The notes: generated from the letters alone by a model not told the origin. DNA of 27,266 nt from Armatimonadota bacterium (GCA_037443365.1 JBBIOM010000005.1:73545-100810); one strand, 5' to 3'. Positions 14,777 to 27,260 are shown, counted from the first letter of the stretch. Program-made: numbers and translations.

Positions 14777-15955
14777 ATGCCCGAGCCGCGAGCCGAGACC
14801 CTGACGATCAACATGGGCCCGCAGCATCCCGCCACCCACGGCGTGCTGCGCCTGGTGCTCGAGCTCGAGGGCGAGGTGATCGTCGGGGCGAGGCCGATCA
14901 TCGGATATCTCCACACCGGGTTCGAGAAGGAGATGGAGAACCGCACCTACCACCAGAACATCGTCTTCCCGGCCCGGATCGAGTACCTGGCGACCTTCAG
15001 CGAGGAGATGGCGTACGTCCTCGCCGTGGAGAAACTTCTGGGCATAACGCCGCCCCCTCGGGCGCAGGTGGCGCGCATCATCCTGGCCGAACTCTCGCGG
15101 ATCGCCAGTCACCTGGTGTTTCTGGGATCGAGCGCAATTGATGTCAACGTGACCAGCGGGTTCATGTACTGCCTCCAGGATCGCGAGGAGGTCCTCGACA
15201 TCTTCGAGACGGTCTCGGGCCAGCGCATGATGCACGGGTACTACCGGATAGGAGGGCTCCATTGCGATCTGCCCGATGGGTTCGAGGCACGCGTTCGGCG
15301 ACTTACCGAGGGGCTGGCCGCTCGCATAGACGAGTACGACGCTTTGCTGACCGACAACCTCATATGGCGCAAGCGCCTCGAAGGAGTGGCAGTGCTCACC
15401 CCGCAGACGGCGCTGGCCTACGGATGCACCGGGCCGGTGCTGCGCGGCTCGGGCGTGAACTACGACGTGCGCAAGGCGTTCCCGTACAGCGGGTATGAGC
15501 AGTTCGAGTTCGACGTTCCGCTTGGGAGCAACGGGGATGCCTTCGATCGGTATCTGGTTCGGATGGAGGAGATGCGGCAGAGTCGACGCATTATCCTGCA
15601 GGCGCTCGACCGCCTGCCCGGCGGGCCCGTATGCTTGGACGACCGCAAGATAGCGCTGCCGCCCCGCAGCGAGCTCGTCCGTGGCATGGAGGCGGTCATA
15701 CACCACTTCAAGCTGGTGAGCGAGGGCATGCACCCCCCGGTGGGCGAGGTGTACGCCGCTGTGGAGTCCCCGCGCGGAGAGAAGGGCTACTACCTCGTAA
15801 GCGATGGGAGCAACCGGCCCTCCAGGGTCCGGGTGCGGGCCGCGACCTTCAACAACCTGCAGGCGCTGCCCGCCATGGTCTTCAAGGGATCCGTCGCGGA
15901 CGTGGTGGTCGCGATCGCGAGCATTGACGTCGTGCTCGGAGACGTGGACAGGTGA
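14777..15955 (+). CDS. nuoD: NADH-quinone oxidoreductase subunit D
   Basis: NMGPQHPATHGVLRL, GYLHTGFEK, ELSRIASHL, ESPRGE and C-terminal GDVDR motifs. Confidence 0.96.
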   Translation: MPEPRAETLTINMGPQHPATHGVLRLVLELEGEVIVGARPIIGYLHTGFEKEMENRTYHQNIVFPARIEYLATFSEEMAYVLAVEKLLGITPPPRAQVARIILAELSRIASHLVFLGSSAIDVNVTSGFMYCLQDREEVLDIFETVSGQRMMHGYYRIGGLHCDLPDGFEARVRRLTEGLAARIDEYDALLTDNLIWRKRLEGVAVLTPQTALAYGCTGPVLRGSGVNYDVRKAFPYSGYEQFEFDVPLGSNGDAFDRYLVRMEEMRQSRRIILQALDRLPGGPVCLDDRKIALPPRSELVRGMEAVIHHFKLVSEGMHPPVGEVYAAVESPRGEKGYYLVSDGSNRPSRVRVRAATFNNLQALPAMVFKGSVADVVVAIASIDVVLGDVDR

Positions 15956-16413
15956 CGCAGGCCGCGCGCGATGAGATCCGTCGCCTGATCGGTCTCTACG
16001 AGCACCGCCAGTCCGCCCTGCTTCCCGCGCTGTTCGTGGCCCAGCAGGAGGAAGGATGCTTGAGCCCGGCGGCGCTGGGGCTCGTGGCCGAGACGCTCGA
16101 TCTCCCGGTCACAGAGGTCACGTCGGTAGCCTCGTTCTACGGCCTGTTCTTCCTCGAGCCCGCGGGCAGGCACGTGGTGCACGTGTGCACCAACCTGTCG
16201 TGCATGCTCAACGGCTGCCAGCGGGTGCTGGGCCGCATGCAGGAGGTCCTGGGCATCCGCCCAGGAGAGACCACACCGGACGGGCGATTCTCGCTGCGGA
16301 CGGCGGAGTGCCTTGGGGCGTGCGACGAAGCCCCCTCGGTGCTCATCGATGAGGACCGGTGGGCCGCGGTGAAGCCCGAGGACGTCGAGCCGATGCTGGA
16401 CAGGTACGGGTAG
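15952..16413 (+). CDS. nuoE: NADH-quinone oxidoreductase subunit E
   Basis: SALLPAL, VASFY, and the [2Fe-2S] N1a motif CTNLSC...CLGAC. Confidence 0.95.
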   Translation: MTQAARDEIRRLIGLYEHRQSALLPALFVAQQEEGCLSPAALGLVAETLDLPVTEVTSVASFYGLFFLEPAGRHVVHVCTNLSCMLNGCQRVLGRMQEVLGIRPGETTPDGRFSLRTAECLGACDEAPSVLIDEDRWAAVKPEDVEPMLDRYG

Positions 16414-16417
16414 GACG

Positions 16418-17683
16418 ATGACGATCGAGGCGGCCGTGCCGGAATCGGTGCTGCTCAGGTGGGCCAGGGCCGAGGGCATGGCGCAGATCGAGCAGTACCG
16501 TCGCGCCGGCGGCTATGATGCCGCGCGCCGCGCGGCCACGGAGATGACCGCTGACCAGGTCATCGAAATCGTGGCCGCCTCCGGGCTGCGCGGGAAGGGC
16601 GGCGCAGGGTTTCCCACGGCGCAGAAGTGGAAGTTCATCCCCAGGGCGGGACCCGTGAAGTACGTCGTGGTAAACGGAGACGAGGGTGAGCCCGGCACCT
16701 TCAAGGATCGAACCCTGATCGAGGGATGCCCGCACCTGCTCGTGGAAGGCACCCTGATAGCGGCGGTGACGATCGGTGCGCGCAGGGCCTACATCTACCT
16801 GCGCCGCGAGTACCACCGCGCACGCCGGCTGCTCGAGGCGGCGATCGCGCAGGCCCGCCAGGCCGGATTTGTGGGAGAGCGCATCTTCGGGAGCGAGCAC
16901 ACGGTCGAGATCGTGGTGCATACGGGCGCGGGCGCCTACATCGCCGGGGAAGAGACGGCCCTGCTGGAGTCGCTGGAGGGCCGCCGCGCGATGCCCCGAC
17001 AGCGCCCTCCGTTCCCCGCGCAAGCCGGTCTGTACCAGCGGCCGACCCTGGTGCAGAACGTGGAGACGCTCTGTCACCTACCGGTGATCATTAGCCTGGG
17101 TCCCGACAGGTACAAGGCACTGGGTCCACCGGCGCTGTTCTCGGTGAGCGGGGCGGTCAACCGTCCCGGGGTGTACGAGGCGCCGCTGGGGATCTCGCTC
17201 CGGTCGCTGATCTTCGGGCACGCAGGGGGCATGCCACCCGGAAGGCGGTTCAAGGCCGCGTTCCCGGGCGGCATCTCTTCTGTCTTCCTGACGGAGGCGG
17301 ACCTGGACGTGAAGATGGACCATGACAGCCTGCGCCAGGCCGGCACGATGCTGGGGTCGGCCGCGGTGATCGTGGTAGACGATTCGCTGGATATGGTCGA
17401 GGTGATGGCGCGCGCGGTCGAATTCTACCGCGACGAGTCGTGCGGCAAGTGCACGCCGTGCCGCGAAGGGACCGCCTGGATCGCGCAGGTGCTTGAGCGC
17501 ATCCTGTGTGGCCGCGGCCGCGTGGAGGACCTGGCGCTGATCGAGAGCATCGCCGCCGGGATGACCGGCACGTGCTTCTGCCCGCTGGGGGAGAGCGTGC
17601 CGCCCGGCCTAGTGGCCTCGCTGCGACTCTTCCGCGGCGAGTATGAGCGCCGCATCGCGCAGGGAGAGGCACGTGCCGTCTGA
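16418..17683 (+). CDS. nuoF: NADH-quinone oxidoreductase subunit F
   Basis: GLRGKGGAGFPT, NGDEGEPGTFKDR, GAYIAGEETAL, and the N3 motif ESCGKCTPCREG...CFCPLG. Confidence 0.95.
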   Translation: MTIEAAVPESVLLRWARAEGMAQIEQYRRAGGYDAARRAATEMTADQVIEIVAASGLRGKGGAGFPTAQKWKFIPRAGPVKYVVVNGDEGEPGTFKDRTLIEGCPHLLVEGTLIAAVTIGARRAYIYLRREYHRARRLLEAAIAQARQAGFVGERIFGSEHTVEIVVHTGAGAYIAGEETALLESLEGRRAMPRQRPPFPAQAGLYQRPTLVQNVETLCHLPVIISLGPDRYKALGPPALFSVSGAVNRPGVYEAPLGISLRSLIFGHAGGMPPGRRFKAAFPGGISSVFLTEADLDVKMDHDSLRQAGTMLGSAAVIVVDDSLDMVEVMARAVEFYRDESCGKCTPCREGTAWIAQVLERILCGRGRVEDLALIESIAAGMTGTCFCPLGESVPPGLVASLRLFRGEYERRIAQGEARAV

Positions 17684-20033
17684 GGCTGTGCGCGCGACGG
17701 TGACGCTCGTGATCGACGGGCGGGAGGTAACCGCGCCCAGGGGCACGACCGTCTACCAGGCGGCCCGAGCGGCCGGCGTGGACATTCCCATCTTCTGCTA
17801 TCACGACCGCATGCCGCCGCTGGGCGCGTGCCGCATGTGCCTGGTCGAGGTGGAGAAGATGCCCAAGCTGCAGACCGCCTGCACGCTGGAGGCGGCCGAC
17901 GGCATGGTGGTCAGCACGACCAGCCCGGCGGTGGCGGCGGCCCAGGCGAGCATCCTGGAGCTTCTTCTGTCCAACCACCCGCTCGACTGCCCGATCTGCG
18001 ACAAGGGCGGCGAGTGCCCGCTCCAGGACCAAGCGTTCAGGTACGGTGAGGGCCGCAGCCGTTTCGTCGAGACCAAGCGCGACTACGCCAAACCGATCTC
18101 TCTGGGCCCGGTGCTGGTCCTCGACCGCGAGCGGTGCATCCTGTGCTGGCGCTGCGTGCGCTTCGGCGAGATCATCGCCGGTGACGACGCGCTCAAGGGC
18201 TTCGAACGCGGATTCGCCAGCGCGATCGGCACCCCGTTCGGGCTGCCGGTTGAGTCCAAGTTCATCGGCAACGCCATCGCGATCTGCCCTGTGGGTGCCC
18301 TGACCAGCCGCACCTACCGGTTTCGGGCCCGGCCCTGGGACATCGAGCCCGTCGCCTCATCGTGCGCCCACTGCGGCCTGGGCTGCGCGGTGTGGCTCGA
18401 CGTGCGAGGCGGCGAGATCCTCCGCACGCGGGCCCGCGAGGACCCGGGGATCAACGATGTGTGGCTGTGCGACCTGGGGTTCTTCGGGCACGCCTACGTG
18501 GCCGCGAGAGATCGCCTGACCACGCCGCTCGTGCGGCGGGAGGGCCGACTGCAGCGGGCCTCCTGGGAAGACGCGCTGGGAGTTGTGGCCGAACGGCTGC
18601 GCGCCTCGCTCGCGCGAGGCCCCGGCCGGGTGGCGTTCCTGGGCGGCAGGCGGCTGTCGAACGCCGATGCCGCCGCGGCCGCTTGGTTCTTCCGCGCGGT
18701 GGCACGCACGCCTCACCTCGATCACCGCGTGGACGCTTCGCCCGACGGTGCGAGCCTGCGGGTCGGCTGGGGGTTGCGCTCCTCTCTCGAAGACCTGGCC
18801 CGGGGCGACGTCTTCGTGCTGGTGGGCTGCGATCTCACCGAGGAGTACCCGGTCCTGTGGCTGCGCATCAAGGCGGCCATTGACCGGGGCGCGCGCCTCG
18901 TGATCGTCCACTCCAAGCGACTGGAGATCCGGGCTCACGCCAGGTGCGAGATTATCTGCCGTCACGATCAACTTGCCCAGTTGACAGCCGAGTTGGCCGC
19001 GGCCGTAGCACAACATGGTGGCGCGGGATGCGGCGCATCCCGCATCGACTTGGCCGCGAACATCATGGCCACCGGCTCTCGTGTCCACTTGCTGCTTGGG
19101 CGCTTCGCTCTGGACGGACCGGGCGGGTGCGATCTGCTGCGATCCGCGCAGGCCCTCTCCCAGCGCGCAGGAGTCACCCTGCACATCGCGCGCGGGCGGG
19201 GGAACGACATCGGGGCGGCGCGGCTGGGCCTTCTCCCAGGAGAGGGTGGGATGCACGCGCCGGGCATTCTTCGGGGCGCGGCAGCGGACGGCTTCGATCT
19301 TCTCTACGTCGCCGGGAGCGATCCTGCCACGACGGTGGATGACCGGGCGGCGTGGGATGCGGCCCGCATGGGCGTGGGGTTCCTGGTGGTGCACGAGGCG
19401 TTTCTATCAGCCACGGCGCAGGCGGCCGATGTTGTGCTGCCGGCCCTGGTCGCGCCCGAGAAGGACGGCACGATAACGAACCTGGAGGGCCGGACTCTGC
19501 CTCTGCGAGCGGTTGTCGCAGGTCCTGGCCGCGCCCGCGCCGATCAGGAGATCTTCGAGTTGTTGGCGGCCCGCCTGGGGGTTGTGCGCGGGCACGTCGC
19601 GGCCGCGCCGGTGGGCTCGGTTGTACCTACCCCGGTCGAGACTGCGCATGCCGCGGGAGCGGCGCAGGAGCCGGCCGCTGCAGGAGGCGCGGCGCCGCCA
19701 CTCGTGCTGGCTGTATCGGAGCACCTCTTCACGCGTGGCAGCATGACCGGACGATGCCCAGGCCTTGCCGAACTGGTCGGGACCGCGCACTGCCTGATCC
19801 ACCCCAGTGACGCGGCACGCGCCGATGTCGCCCACCTCGATCTGGTGGAGCTGGCCACTGAGCACGCCGCGCTGGTCGTGCAGGCCCGGGTGAGCGAAGA
19901 CGTGCCTCCTGGACAGGTGCTGTTGCCCCGCGGCCACGACACCGCTCCGGCAGGTGCGCTGGTGCGGTGGTCTCCTGCGCCGGTCGGCGTCCAGATACGG
20001 CCGATCGCGCCGTCGGGCGGAGCGGAACCATGA
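17673..20033 (+). CDS. nuoG: NADH-quinone oxidoreductase subunit G
   Basis: N1b (FCYH...GACRMC...TAC), N5 (HPLDCPICDKGGEC), N4 (CILCWRC...ICPVGAL) and N7 (CAHCGLGC...LC) motifs; GTG start with GGAGAGG RBS. Confidence 0.94.
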   Translation: MPSEAVRATVTLVIDGREVTAPRGTTVYQAARAAGVDIPIFCYHDRMPPLGACRMCLVEVEKMPKLQTACTLEAADGMVVSTTSPAVAAAQASILELLLSNHPLDCPICDKGGECPLQDQAFRYGEGRSRFVETKRDYAKPISLGPVLVLDRERCILCWRCVRFGEIIAGDDALKGFERGFASAIGTPFGLPVESKFIGNAIAICPVGALTSRTYRFRARPWDIEPVASSCAHCGLGCAVWLDVRGGEILRTRAREDPGINDVWLCDLGFFGHAYVAARDRLTTPLVRREGRLQRASWEDALGVVAERLRASLARGPGRVAFLGGRRLSNADAAAAAWFFRAVARTPHLDHRVDASPDGASLRVGWGLRSSLEDLARGDVFVLVGCDLTEEYPVLWLRIKAAIDRGARLVIVHSKRLEIRAHARCEIICRHDQLAQLTAELAAAVAQHGGAGCGASRIDLAANIMATGSRVHLLLGRFALDGPGGCDLLRSAQALSQRAGVTLHIARGRGNDIGAARLGLLPGEGGMHAPGILRGAAADGFDLLYVAGSDPATTVDDRAAWDAARMGVGFLVVHEAFLSATAQAADVVLPALVAPEKDGTITNLEGRTLPLRAVVAGPGRARADQEIFELLAARLGVVRGHVAAAPVGSVVPTPVETAHAAGAAQEPAAAGGAAPPLVLAVSEHLFTRGSMTGRCPGLAELVGTAHCLIHPSDAARADVAHLDLVELATEHAALVVQARVSEDVPPGQVLLPRGHDTAPAGALVRWSPAPVGVQIRPIAPSGGAEP

Positions 20034-21016
20034 CCTCGATCATTCTGGTCGCCGCGATCAAGAGCATCTTCGTCACGATCATGGTGCTGGTTGGATTCGC
20101 CTACACGACCCTACTGGAAAGGCGGTTGCTGGCCCGCTTCCAGATGCGCCGCGGCCCCAACCGCGTCGGCCCGTTCGGCCTGCTCCAGCCCATCGCCGAC
20201 GGTGTCAAGCTGATCTTCAAGGAGAGCTTCGTGCCGGCGGGCGTGGACCCGCTCATCTACTGGATCGCGCCGGGCATAACCGTGGTGAGCGCGCTGTTCG
20301 TCTATGCGGTGATCCCCTTCGGCCCGGAGTTGCGCATCTTCGGGGCGACCGTGCCGCTCTACATCGCCGATGTCAACGTGGGCATCCTGCTGGTGCTGGG
20401 CGCCTCCTCGATAGGCGTGTACGGCATCATCCTTGGCGGCTGGTCGTCCAACAACAAGTACGCGCTGTTGGGCTGCCTCCGCTCGAGCGCCCAGATGATC
20501 AGCTATGAGCTGGCCATCGGCCTAGCCGTGGTCTCGGTGGTCCTGACCGCGGGATCGCTGAGCCTGGTGGACATCGTGAACGCGCAGCAGCACCTCTGGT
20601 TTGTTGCCCTGCAGCCGGTGGGGTTCCTGTTGTTCTTCATCGGCGCCCTCGCCGAGACGAACCGCGCCCCGTTCGACCTGCCGGAGGCAGAGCAGGAACT
20701 GATCGCCGGTTTTCTTACAGAGTACGGCGGCTTCAAGTTCGCGATGTTCTACGTTGGCGAGTACGTGGGCATCATAACGATGAGCCTGCTGGTGACCACG
20801 CTGTTCCTGGGCGGGTGGCACGGCCCGGTGCTGCCCGGCCCCCACTGGGTGGCAGCCAAGACCTTCGCGATCTGCTTCATATTCATCTGGATTCGGGCAA
20901 CGCTGCCAAGGGTGCGGCACGACCAGTTGATGGCCTTTGGCTGGAAGGTGCTCGTCCCAGTCGGTCTTCTGAACGTTGTCGCCACGGCCCTGATCGTTGC
21001 GCTGGTGGGAGGATAG
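20030..21016 (+). CDS. nuoH: NADH-quinone oxidoreductase subunit H
   Basis: ERR...[43 protein letters not shown] and RATLPR motifs. Confidence 0.96.
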   Translation: MTSIILVAAIKSIFVTIMVLVGFAYTTLLERRLLARFQMRRGPNRVGPFGLLQPIADGVKLIFKESFVPAGVDPLIYWIAPGITVVSALFVYAVIPFGPELRIFGATVPLYIADVNVGILLVLGASSIGVYGIILGGWSSNNKYALLGCLRSSAQMISYELAIGLAVVSVVLTAGSLSLVDIVNAQQHLWFVALQPVGFLLFFIGALAETNRAPFDLPEAEQELIAGFLTEYGGFKFAMFYVGEYVGIITMSLLVTTLFLGGWHGPVLPGPHWVAAKTFAICFIFIWIRATLPRVRHDQLMAFGWKVLVPVGLLNVVATALIVALVGG

Positions 21017-21019
21017 CCG

Positions 21020-21493
21020 GTGCCCGGCCTGTTCAGGCAGACGGTTGCCCTGCTGCGGGGGCTGCTGATAACCGGCAGGTACCTGTTCCGGCCTCCGGTC
21101 ACCATCCTGTATCCGGAGGTCAAGACGCGGGTGGCGCCGCGGTTCAAGGGACGGCACTGGCTGACGCTCTACGCCAGCGGCCTCGAGCGGTGCGTGGGGT
21201 GCGAACTCTGCGTGATAGTCTGCCCGTCCCAGGCGATCTATGTGAGCGCTGCGGAGAATGCGCCCGAGCGGCAGGTCAGCAAGGGCGAGCGCTGTGCCGA
21301 GCAGTTCCAGATCAACATGCTGCGGTGCATCTTCTGCGGCTTCTGCGAAGAGGCCTGTCCCACAGGGGCGATCGTGCTCGGGGGGGATTACGAGCTGGCC
21401 GGCTACTCACGTGCCTCGCTCATCTACACGAAGCCGATGCTGACCGAACCCTTCCCCGGGGCATCGGGGCGCGATCCGGGGCGGGAGGTGTAG
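21020..21493 (+). CDS. nuoI: NADH-quinone oxidoreductase subunit I
   Basis: Two CxxCxxCxxxCP motifs (CVGCELCVIVCP, CIFCGFCEEACP) plus T.LYP and PRFKG. Confidence 0.95.
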   Translation: MPGLFRQTVALLRGLLITGRYLFRPPVTILYPEVKTRVAPRFKGRHWLTLYASGLERCVGCELCVIVCPSQAIYVSAAENAPERQVSKGERCAEQFQINMLRCIFCGFCEEACPTGAIVLGGDYELAGYSRASLIYTKPMLTEPFPGASGRDPGREV

Positions 21494-21500
21494 AGGACAG

Positions 21501-22013
21501 ATGGAGTGGGCCGTCTTCGTCCCTGCCGGGGTGCTGGCAATCGCCGGGGGCGTGTGCGTGATCGCCGCACGCCAGCCCGTGCACAGCGCGATCGCACTGC
21601 TGGTGGTCTTAGCGTCCCTGGCGGTCAACTACCTGCTCCTTGCCGCGCAGTTCATCGCCGTGCTGCAGGTAATTGTCTACGCCGGCGCCATCGTCGTGCT
21701 GTTCCTCTTCGTGATCATGCTATTGCACGCACGATCGGGCGAGGGGCCTATTCAGAAATTGCCACGTCAGCAGGGCGCGGCGATAGTCCTGGCAGGGATC
21801 TTTCTGGCGGCGCTGCTTGCCGGCAGCCTGGCCGCGGCCAGGCCTCTTACGCCCGCGCCCGAGGGATTCGGTACGGCCCAGCAGGTGGGTGAGGCACTGT
21901 TCGTCACCTTCCTGCTCCCCTTCGAGATGGCGTCCGTGATCCTGCTGGTGGGAATCGTGGCCGCGGTGGTCCTGGCCAAGCGCGGACCACCCGTCCGAAG
22001 GGAGGGACGGTAG
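21501..22013 (+). CDS. nuoJ: NADH-quinone oxidoreductase subunit J
   Basis: PVHSA, QVIVYAGAIVVLFLFVIML and LPFEMAS motifs. Confidence 0.95.
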   Translation: MEWAVFVPAGVLAIAGGVCVIAARQPVHSAIALLVVLASLAVNYLLLAAQFIAVLQVIVYAGAIVVLFLFVIMLLHARSGEGPIQKLPRQQGAAIVLAGIFLAALLAGSLAAARPLTPAPEGFGTAQQVGEALFVTFLLPFEMASVILLVGIVAAVVLAKRGPPVRREGR

Positions 22014-22016
22014 CCC

Positions 22017-22319
22017 GTGGTACCGGTCGCGGCGTATCTGGCGCTTGCCGCGGTGCTCTTCACCATGGGCGTCGTGGGCGTGCTGGTCCGCCGCAACGCG
22101 CTGATCGTGTTCATGTCGATCGAGTTGATGCTGAACTCGGTGAACCTGGCTTTCGTCGCCTTTGCCAGGCAGCACCTCGGGATTGACGGGCAGGTGATCG
22201 TGTTCTTCGTGTTGGTTGTCGTGGCGGTGGAGGTTGTTGTAGGGCTGGCGCTGATCGTGGACATCTTCCGGTCGCGGTCCACGGTGGACATTGACGATGT
22301 GGATCTGCTGCGGGGATAG
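22017..22319 (+). CDS. nuoK: NADH-quinone oxidoreductase subunit K
   Basis: [22 protein letters not shown] and AVEVVVGLA motifs; 100 aa. Confidence 0.95.
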   Translation: MVPVAAYLALAAVLFTMGVVGVLVRRNALIVFMSIELMLNSVNLAFVAFARQHLGIDGQVIVFFVLVVVAVEVVVGLALIVDIFRSRSTVDIDDVDLLRG

Positions 22320-22322
22320 CCG

Positions 22323-24209
<1,887 letters not shown>

Positions 24210-24210
24210 C

Positions 24211-25761
24211 ATGATGCTGACGACGCTGATCTTCCTTCCACTGGCCGGAGCGCTGGGTATCGCGCTGCTTCCGCGCGAGCGGGACGGCGCCGTGCGCTGG
24301 GCCGGGCTGGGCGTCAGCCTCCTGGTGCTGGTCGCGGCGGTCCGGGTGTTCCAGGCGTTTGACGCCTCCAGCGGCGCGATGCAGATGGTGGAGCAGGCGG
24401 CGTGGGTGCCGGCGCTGGGGATCAGCTACCGCGTGGGCGTGGACGGGATCTCCCTGCTGCTGGTCGGGTTGACCGCGGTCATCTTCCCGATAGCCCTGCT
24501 CAGTTCTTGGTTGGCGATCACCGAGCGCGTCAAGGCGTTCACGCTGTCGATCCTGGCGCTCGAGACCGCGGTGCTCGGCACCTTCCTCAGTCTCGATCTC
24601 ATCCTATTCTACGTCTTCTGGGAGGCAGTGCTCATCCCGATGGCGTTCCTCATAGCGCTCTGGGGTGGGCCGGCCCGCCGCTACGCGGCGATCAAGTTCT
24701 TCCTGTACACGATGTCGGCCAGCGTGCTGATGCTCGTCGCGATAATCGCGACCCACATGCTGGGCGCCGTGCTGCTGGGGGAGCGCACCTTTGACATCGA
24801 GCGCCTGTCCGCGATGGCGCTGCCCGCCCGTACGCAGGGATTGCTCTTCGCCGCCTTCGCCCTGGCCTTCGCGGTGAAGGTGCCGGTCTGGCCCCTGCAC
24901 ACGTGGCTTCCGGACGCGCACACCGAGGCCCCGACCGCGGGCAGCGTGATCCTGGCGGCGATTCTTCTGAAGATGGGCACCTACGGGTTCGTGCGCTTCG
25001 GTCCGGCGCTGTTCCCTGACGCCCTGGTGGCCTCGGCGCCGCTGCTGGCCGGTCTGGCAATCGTCGGGATCCTCTACGGCGCCGCGGTCTCGTGGGCGCA
25101 GACCGACCTGAAGCGGTTGATCGCGTTCAGCAGCGTGAGCCACCTGGGGTTCGTGATGCTGGGGATAGCGGCGATGAACGAGCAGGGGTACCAGGGCGCG
25201 CTCATCCAGATGGTCAACCACGGCGTCAGCACTGGCGCGCTGTTCCTTATCGTCGGCGTGCTCTACGAGCGCACCCACTCGCGCGAGATCGCCGACTACG
25301 GCGGCGTGGCCGCGCGCATGCCCCGGTTCGCCGCGATCTTTACGATCGTGCTCCTCTCCTCGGCGGCGCTGCCCGGGACCAACGGGTTCGTGGGCGAGTT
25401 CCTGATACTGCTCGGTGCCTTCCGCACCTCGACCTGGTGGGCGGCGCTGGCGGTCGGCGGGGTGATCCTGTCCGCGGTCTACCTCCTGTGGGCCTACCAG
25501 CAGGTCATGCACGGGCCGCTCGTGGCGAAGCATCCCGAGCGGTTCGCAGAACTCACCCGGCGGGAGGTGCTCGTGTTCGCACCGCTGGTAGCCCTCATCT
25601 TCGCCATCGGCGTCTATCCCAGGCCGCTGCTGGACCGGTCGGAGGCAGCGGTAGCGGCGGCGCTTGAGCGGCTGAACCGGAAAGCGGCAGTGACGCTTCC
25701 GGCGCGCGGCGCCGCGGCGGACGTCCTTGTGCGCTACGCGCACGTGAGGGAACGGCGATGA
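24211..25761 (+). CDS. nuoM: NADH-quinone oxidoreductase subunit M
   Basis: VDGISL, FYVFWE, KVPVWPLHTWLPDAHTEAPT, LKMGTYG, QMVNHG and LPGTNGFVGEF motifs. Confidence 0.96.
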   Translation: MMLTTLIFLPLAGALGIALLPRERDGAVRWAGLGVSLLVLVAAVRVFQAFDASSGAMQMVEQAAWVPALGISYRVGVDGISLLLVGLTAVIFPIALLSSWLAITERVKAFTLSILALETAVLGTFLSLDLILFYVFWEAVLIPMAFLIALWGGPARRYAAIKFFLYTMSASVLMLVAIIATHMLGAVLLGERTFDIERLSAMALPARTQGLLFAAFALAFAVKVPVWPLHTWLPDAHTEAPTAGSVILAAILLKMGTYGFVRFGPALFPDALVASAPLLAGLAIVGILYGAAVSWAQTDLKRLIAFSSVSHLGFVMLGIAAMNEQGYQGALIQMVNHGVSTGALFLIVGVLYERTHSREIADYGGVAARMPRFAAIFTIVLLSSAALPGTNGFVGEFLILLGAFRTSTWWAALAVGGVILSAVYLLWAYQQVMHGPLVAKHPERFAELTRREVLVFAPLVALIFAIGVYPRPLLDRSEAAVAAALERLNRKAAVTLPARGAAADVLVRYAHVRERR

Positions 25762-27260
25762 TCGCTCCTCCGGCCGCTGATCTGACCCTCATCCTGCCCG
25801 AGATCATCGTGCTGGGCGCGGCGCTCCTGGTGCTGATGGCGGATCTGTGGCTGGCGAGCGAGCGCCGCGGGCTCCTGGTTGCGGTGGGCGCAGCAGGCGT
25901 GATCTGGGCCGCCTGGGTTGCCTCGGGGACAGCCGAGGGGGTTTCATTTGCCGGCATGTACGTGCGCGACGCCCTTACACGCGTCGGTCAGATGATCGCG
26001 CTGGCCGCGACCGGGCTGGGTCTGTTGGTTGCCCCCGAGTACCTGCGGCGCTGCAACCTGGATCGCGGGGAGTACTACGTGCTCGTGCTGACCGCGGGCG
26101 CCGGCGCGATGCTGATGGCGGCCAGCCGCGACCTGCTCGTGCTGTTCCTGGCGCTGGAGACGCTGTCCATACCGCTCTACGTGCTGGCGGCATGGGCGCG
26201 CGAGGAGGCCCGGAGCCAGGAAGCCGGCATGAAGTACTTCCTGCTCGGCGCGTTTGCCAGCGCCTTCTTCCTGTACGGAATAGCGCTGCTCTACGGCGCA
26301 GCCGGCACGACCCGTCTCCCGGACCTCGGGGCCGCGCTGGCGGCGCGGCCCGCCGACATCTCTGCCGCGGCCGGCGTGGGGCTGCTGACCATCGGCTTGG
26401 GCTTCAAGGCCGCGCTGGTGCCGTTCCACACCTGGGCGCCCGACGTCTATCAGGGCGCGCCCTTTCCCGCGGTCGCGTTCATGTCGGTTGTCGCCAAGAT
26501 CGGCGCGTTCGTGGCGCTCCTGCGCGTGTTCCCGCTGGCGTTGGGCGCGCTGGCCGCCCAGTGGACGCTGACCCTTGGGGTGCTGGCCGCCTTGACCATG
26601 ATCGTCGGAAACCTGGCCGCGCTGGCGCAGTCCAGCTACAAGCGCATGCTGGCGTACTCGAGCATCGCCCACGCCGGCTACCTGCTGGTCGGCGTGGCCA
26701 CCGCGACGCCTTCTGCGGCGTCGGCGGTTGTGACCTACCTGGCGATCTACACGGCGATGGGTGTGGGCGCCTTTGCGGTGGGGGTCGCGCTGGAGCGCGC
26801 CGGGGGCGAGGCCGACCGGATCGAGGACTACGCGGGGCTGGCAGGCCGCGCGCCCCTGCTGGCCGCAGCGGGTGCGCTGTTCCTGGTCGCGCTTGTAGGC
26901 CTCCCGCCTACAGGCGGTTTCATCGCGAAGTTAGGCATCTTCGCCGCCGCGATAGAGTCGGGCACGCCGGGCGGCCTGGCGCTGGCTGTGATAGGCGTCC
27001 TGACCAGCGTCATCTCGGCGTACTACTACATGCGCGTGGCGTACGTGATGTACGCCGGAGAGCCCGCATCTTCCGCCGCCGGCGCAGGCACGGGGAACGC
27101 GGGCGCGTCCGATCCCCCCGGTGATCTGCGCCTGCACCCAAGCCCCCTGCTGAACGTCGCCCTGCTTATCGCCGCGGCCGCGGTCATCTACACGGGCATC
27201 CTGCCCGGGACGATTACCTCGTTTGCGCAACAGGTGGGTGCGCTTCTCTCCGGGCTCTAG
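25758..27260 (+). CDS. nuoN: NADH-quinone oxidoreductase subunit N
   Basis: LPEI, GEYY, EAGMKYFLLG, FKAALVPFHTWAPDVYQGAP, KRMLAYSSIAHAGY and SAYYYMR motifs. Confidence 0.96.
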   Translation: MIAPPAADLTLILPEIIVLGAALLVLMADLWLASERRGLLVAVGAAGVIWAAWVASGTAEGVSFAGMYVRDALTRVGQMIALAATGLGLLVAPEYLRRCNLDRGEYYVLVLTAGAGAMLMAASRDLLVLFLALETLSIPLYVLAAWAREEARSQEAGMKYFLLGAFASAFFLYGIALLYGAAGTTRLPDLGAALAARPADISAAAGVGLLTIGLGFKAALVPFHTWAPDVYQGAPFPAVAFMSVVAKIGAFVALLRVFPLALGALAAQWTLTLGVLAALTMIVGNLAALAQSSYKRMLAYSSIAHAGYLLVGVATATPSAASAVVTYLAIYTAMGVGAFAVGVALERAGGEADRIEDYAGLAGRAPLLAAAGALFLVALVGLPPTGGFIAKLGIFAAAIESGTPGGLALAVIGVLTSVISAYYYMRVAYVMYAGEPASSAAGAGTGNAGASDPPGDLRLHPSPLLNVALLIAAAAVIYTGILPGTITSFAQQVGALLSGL

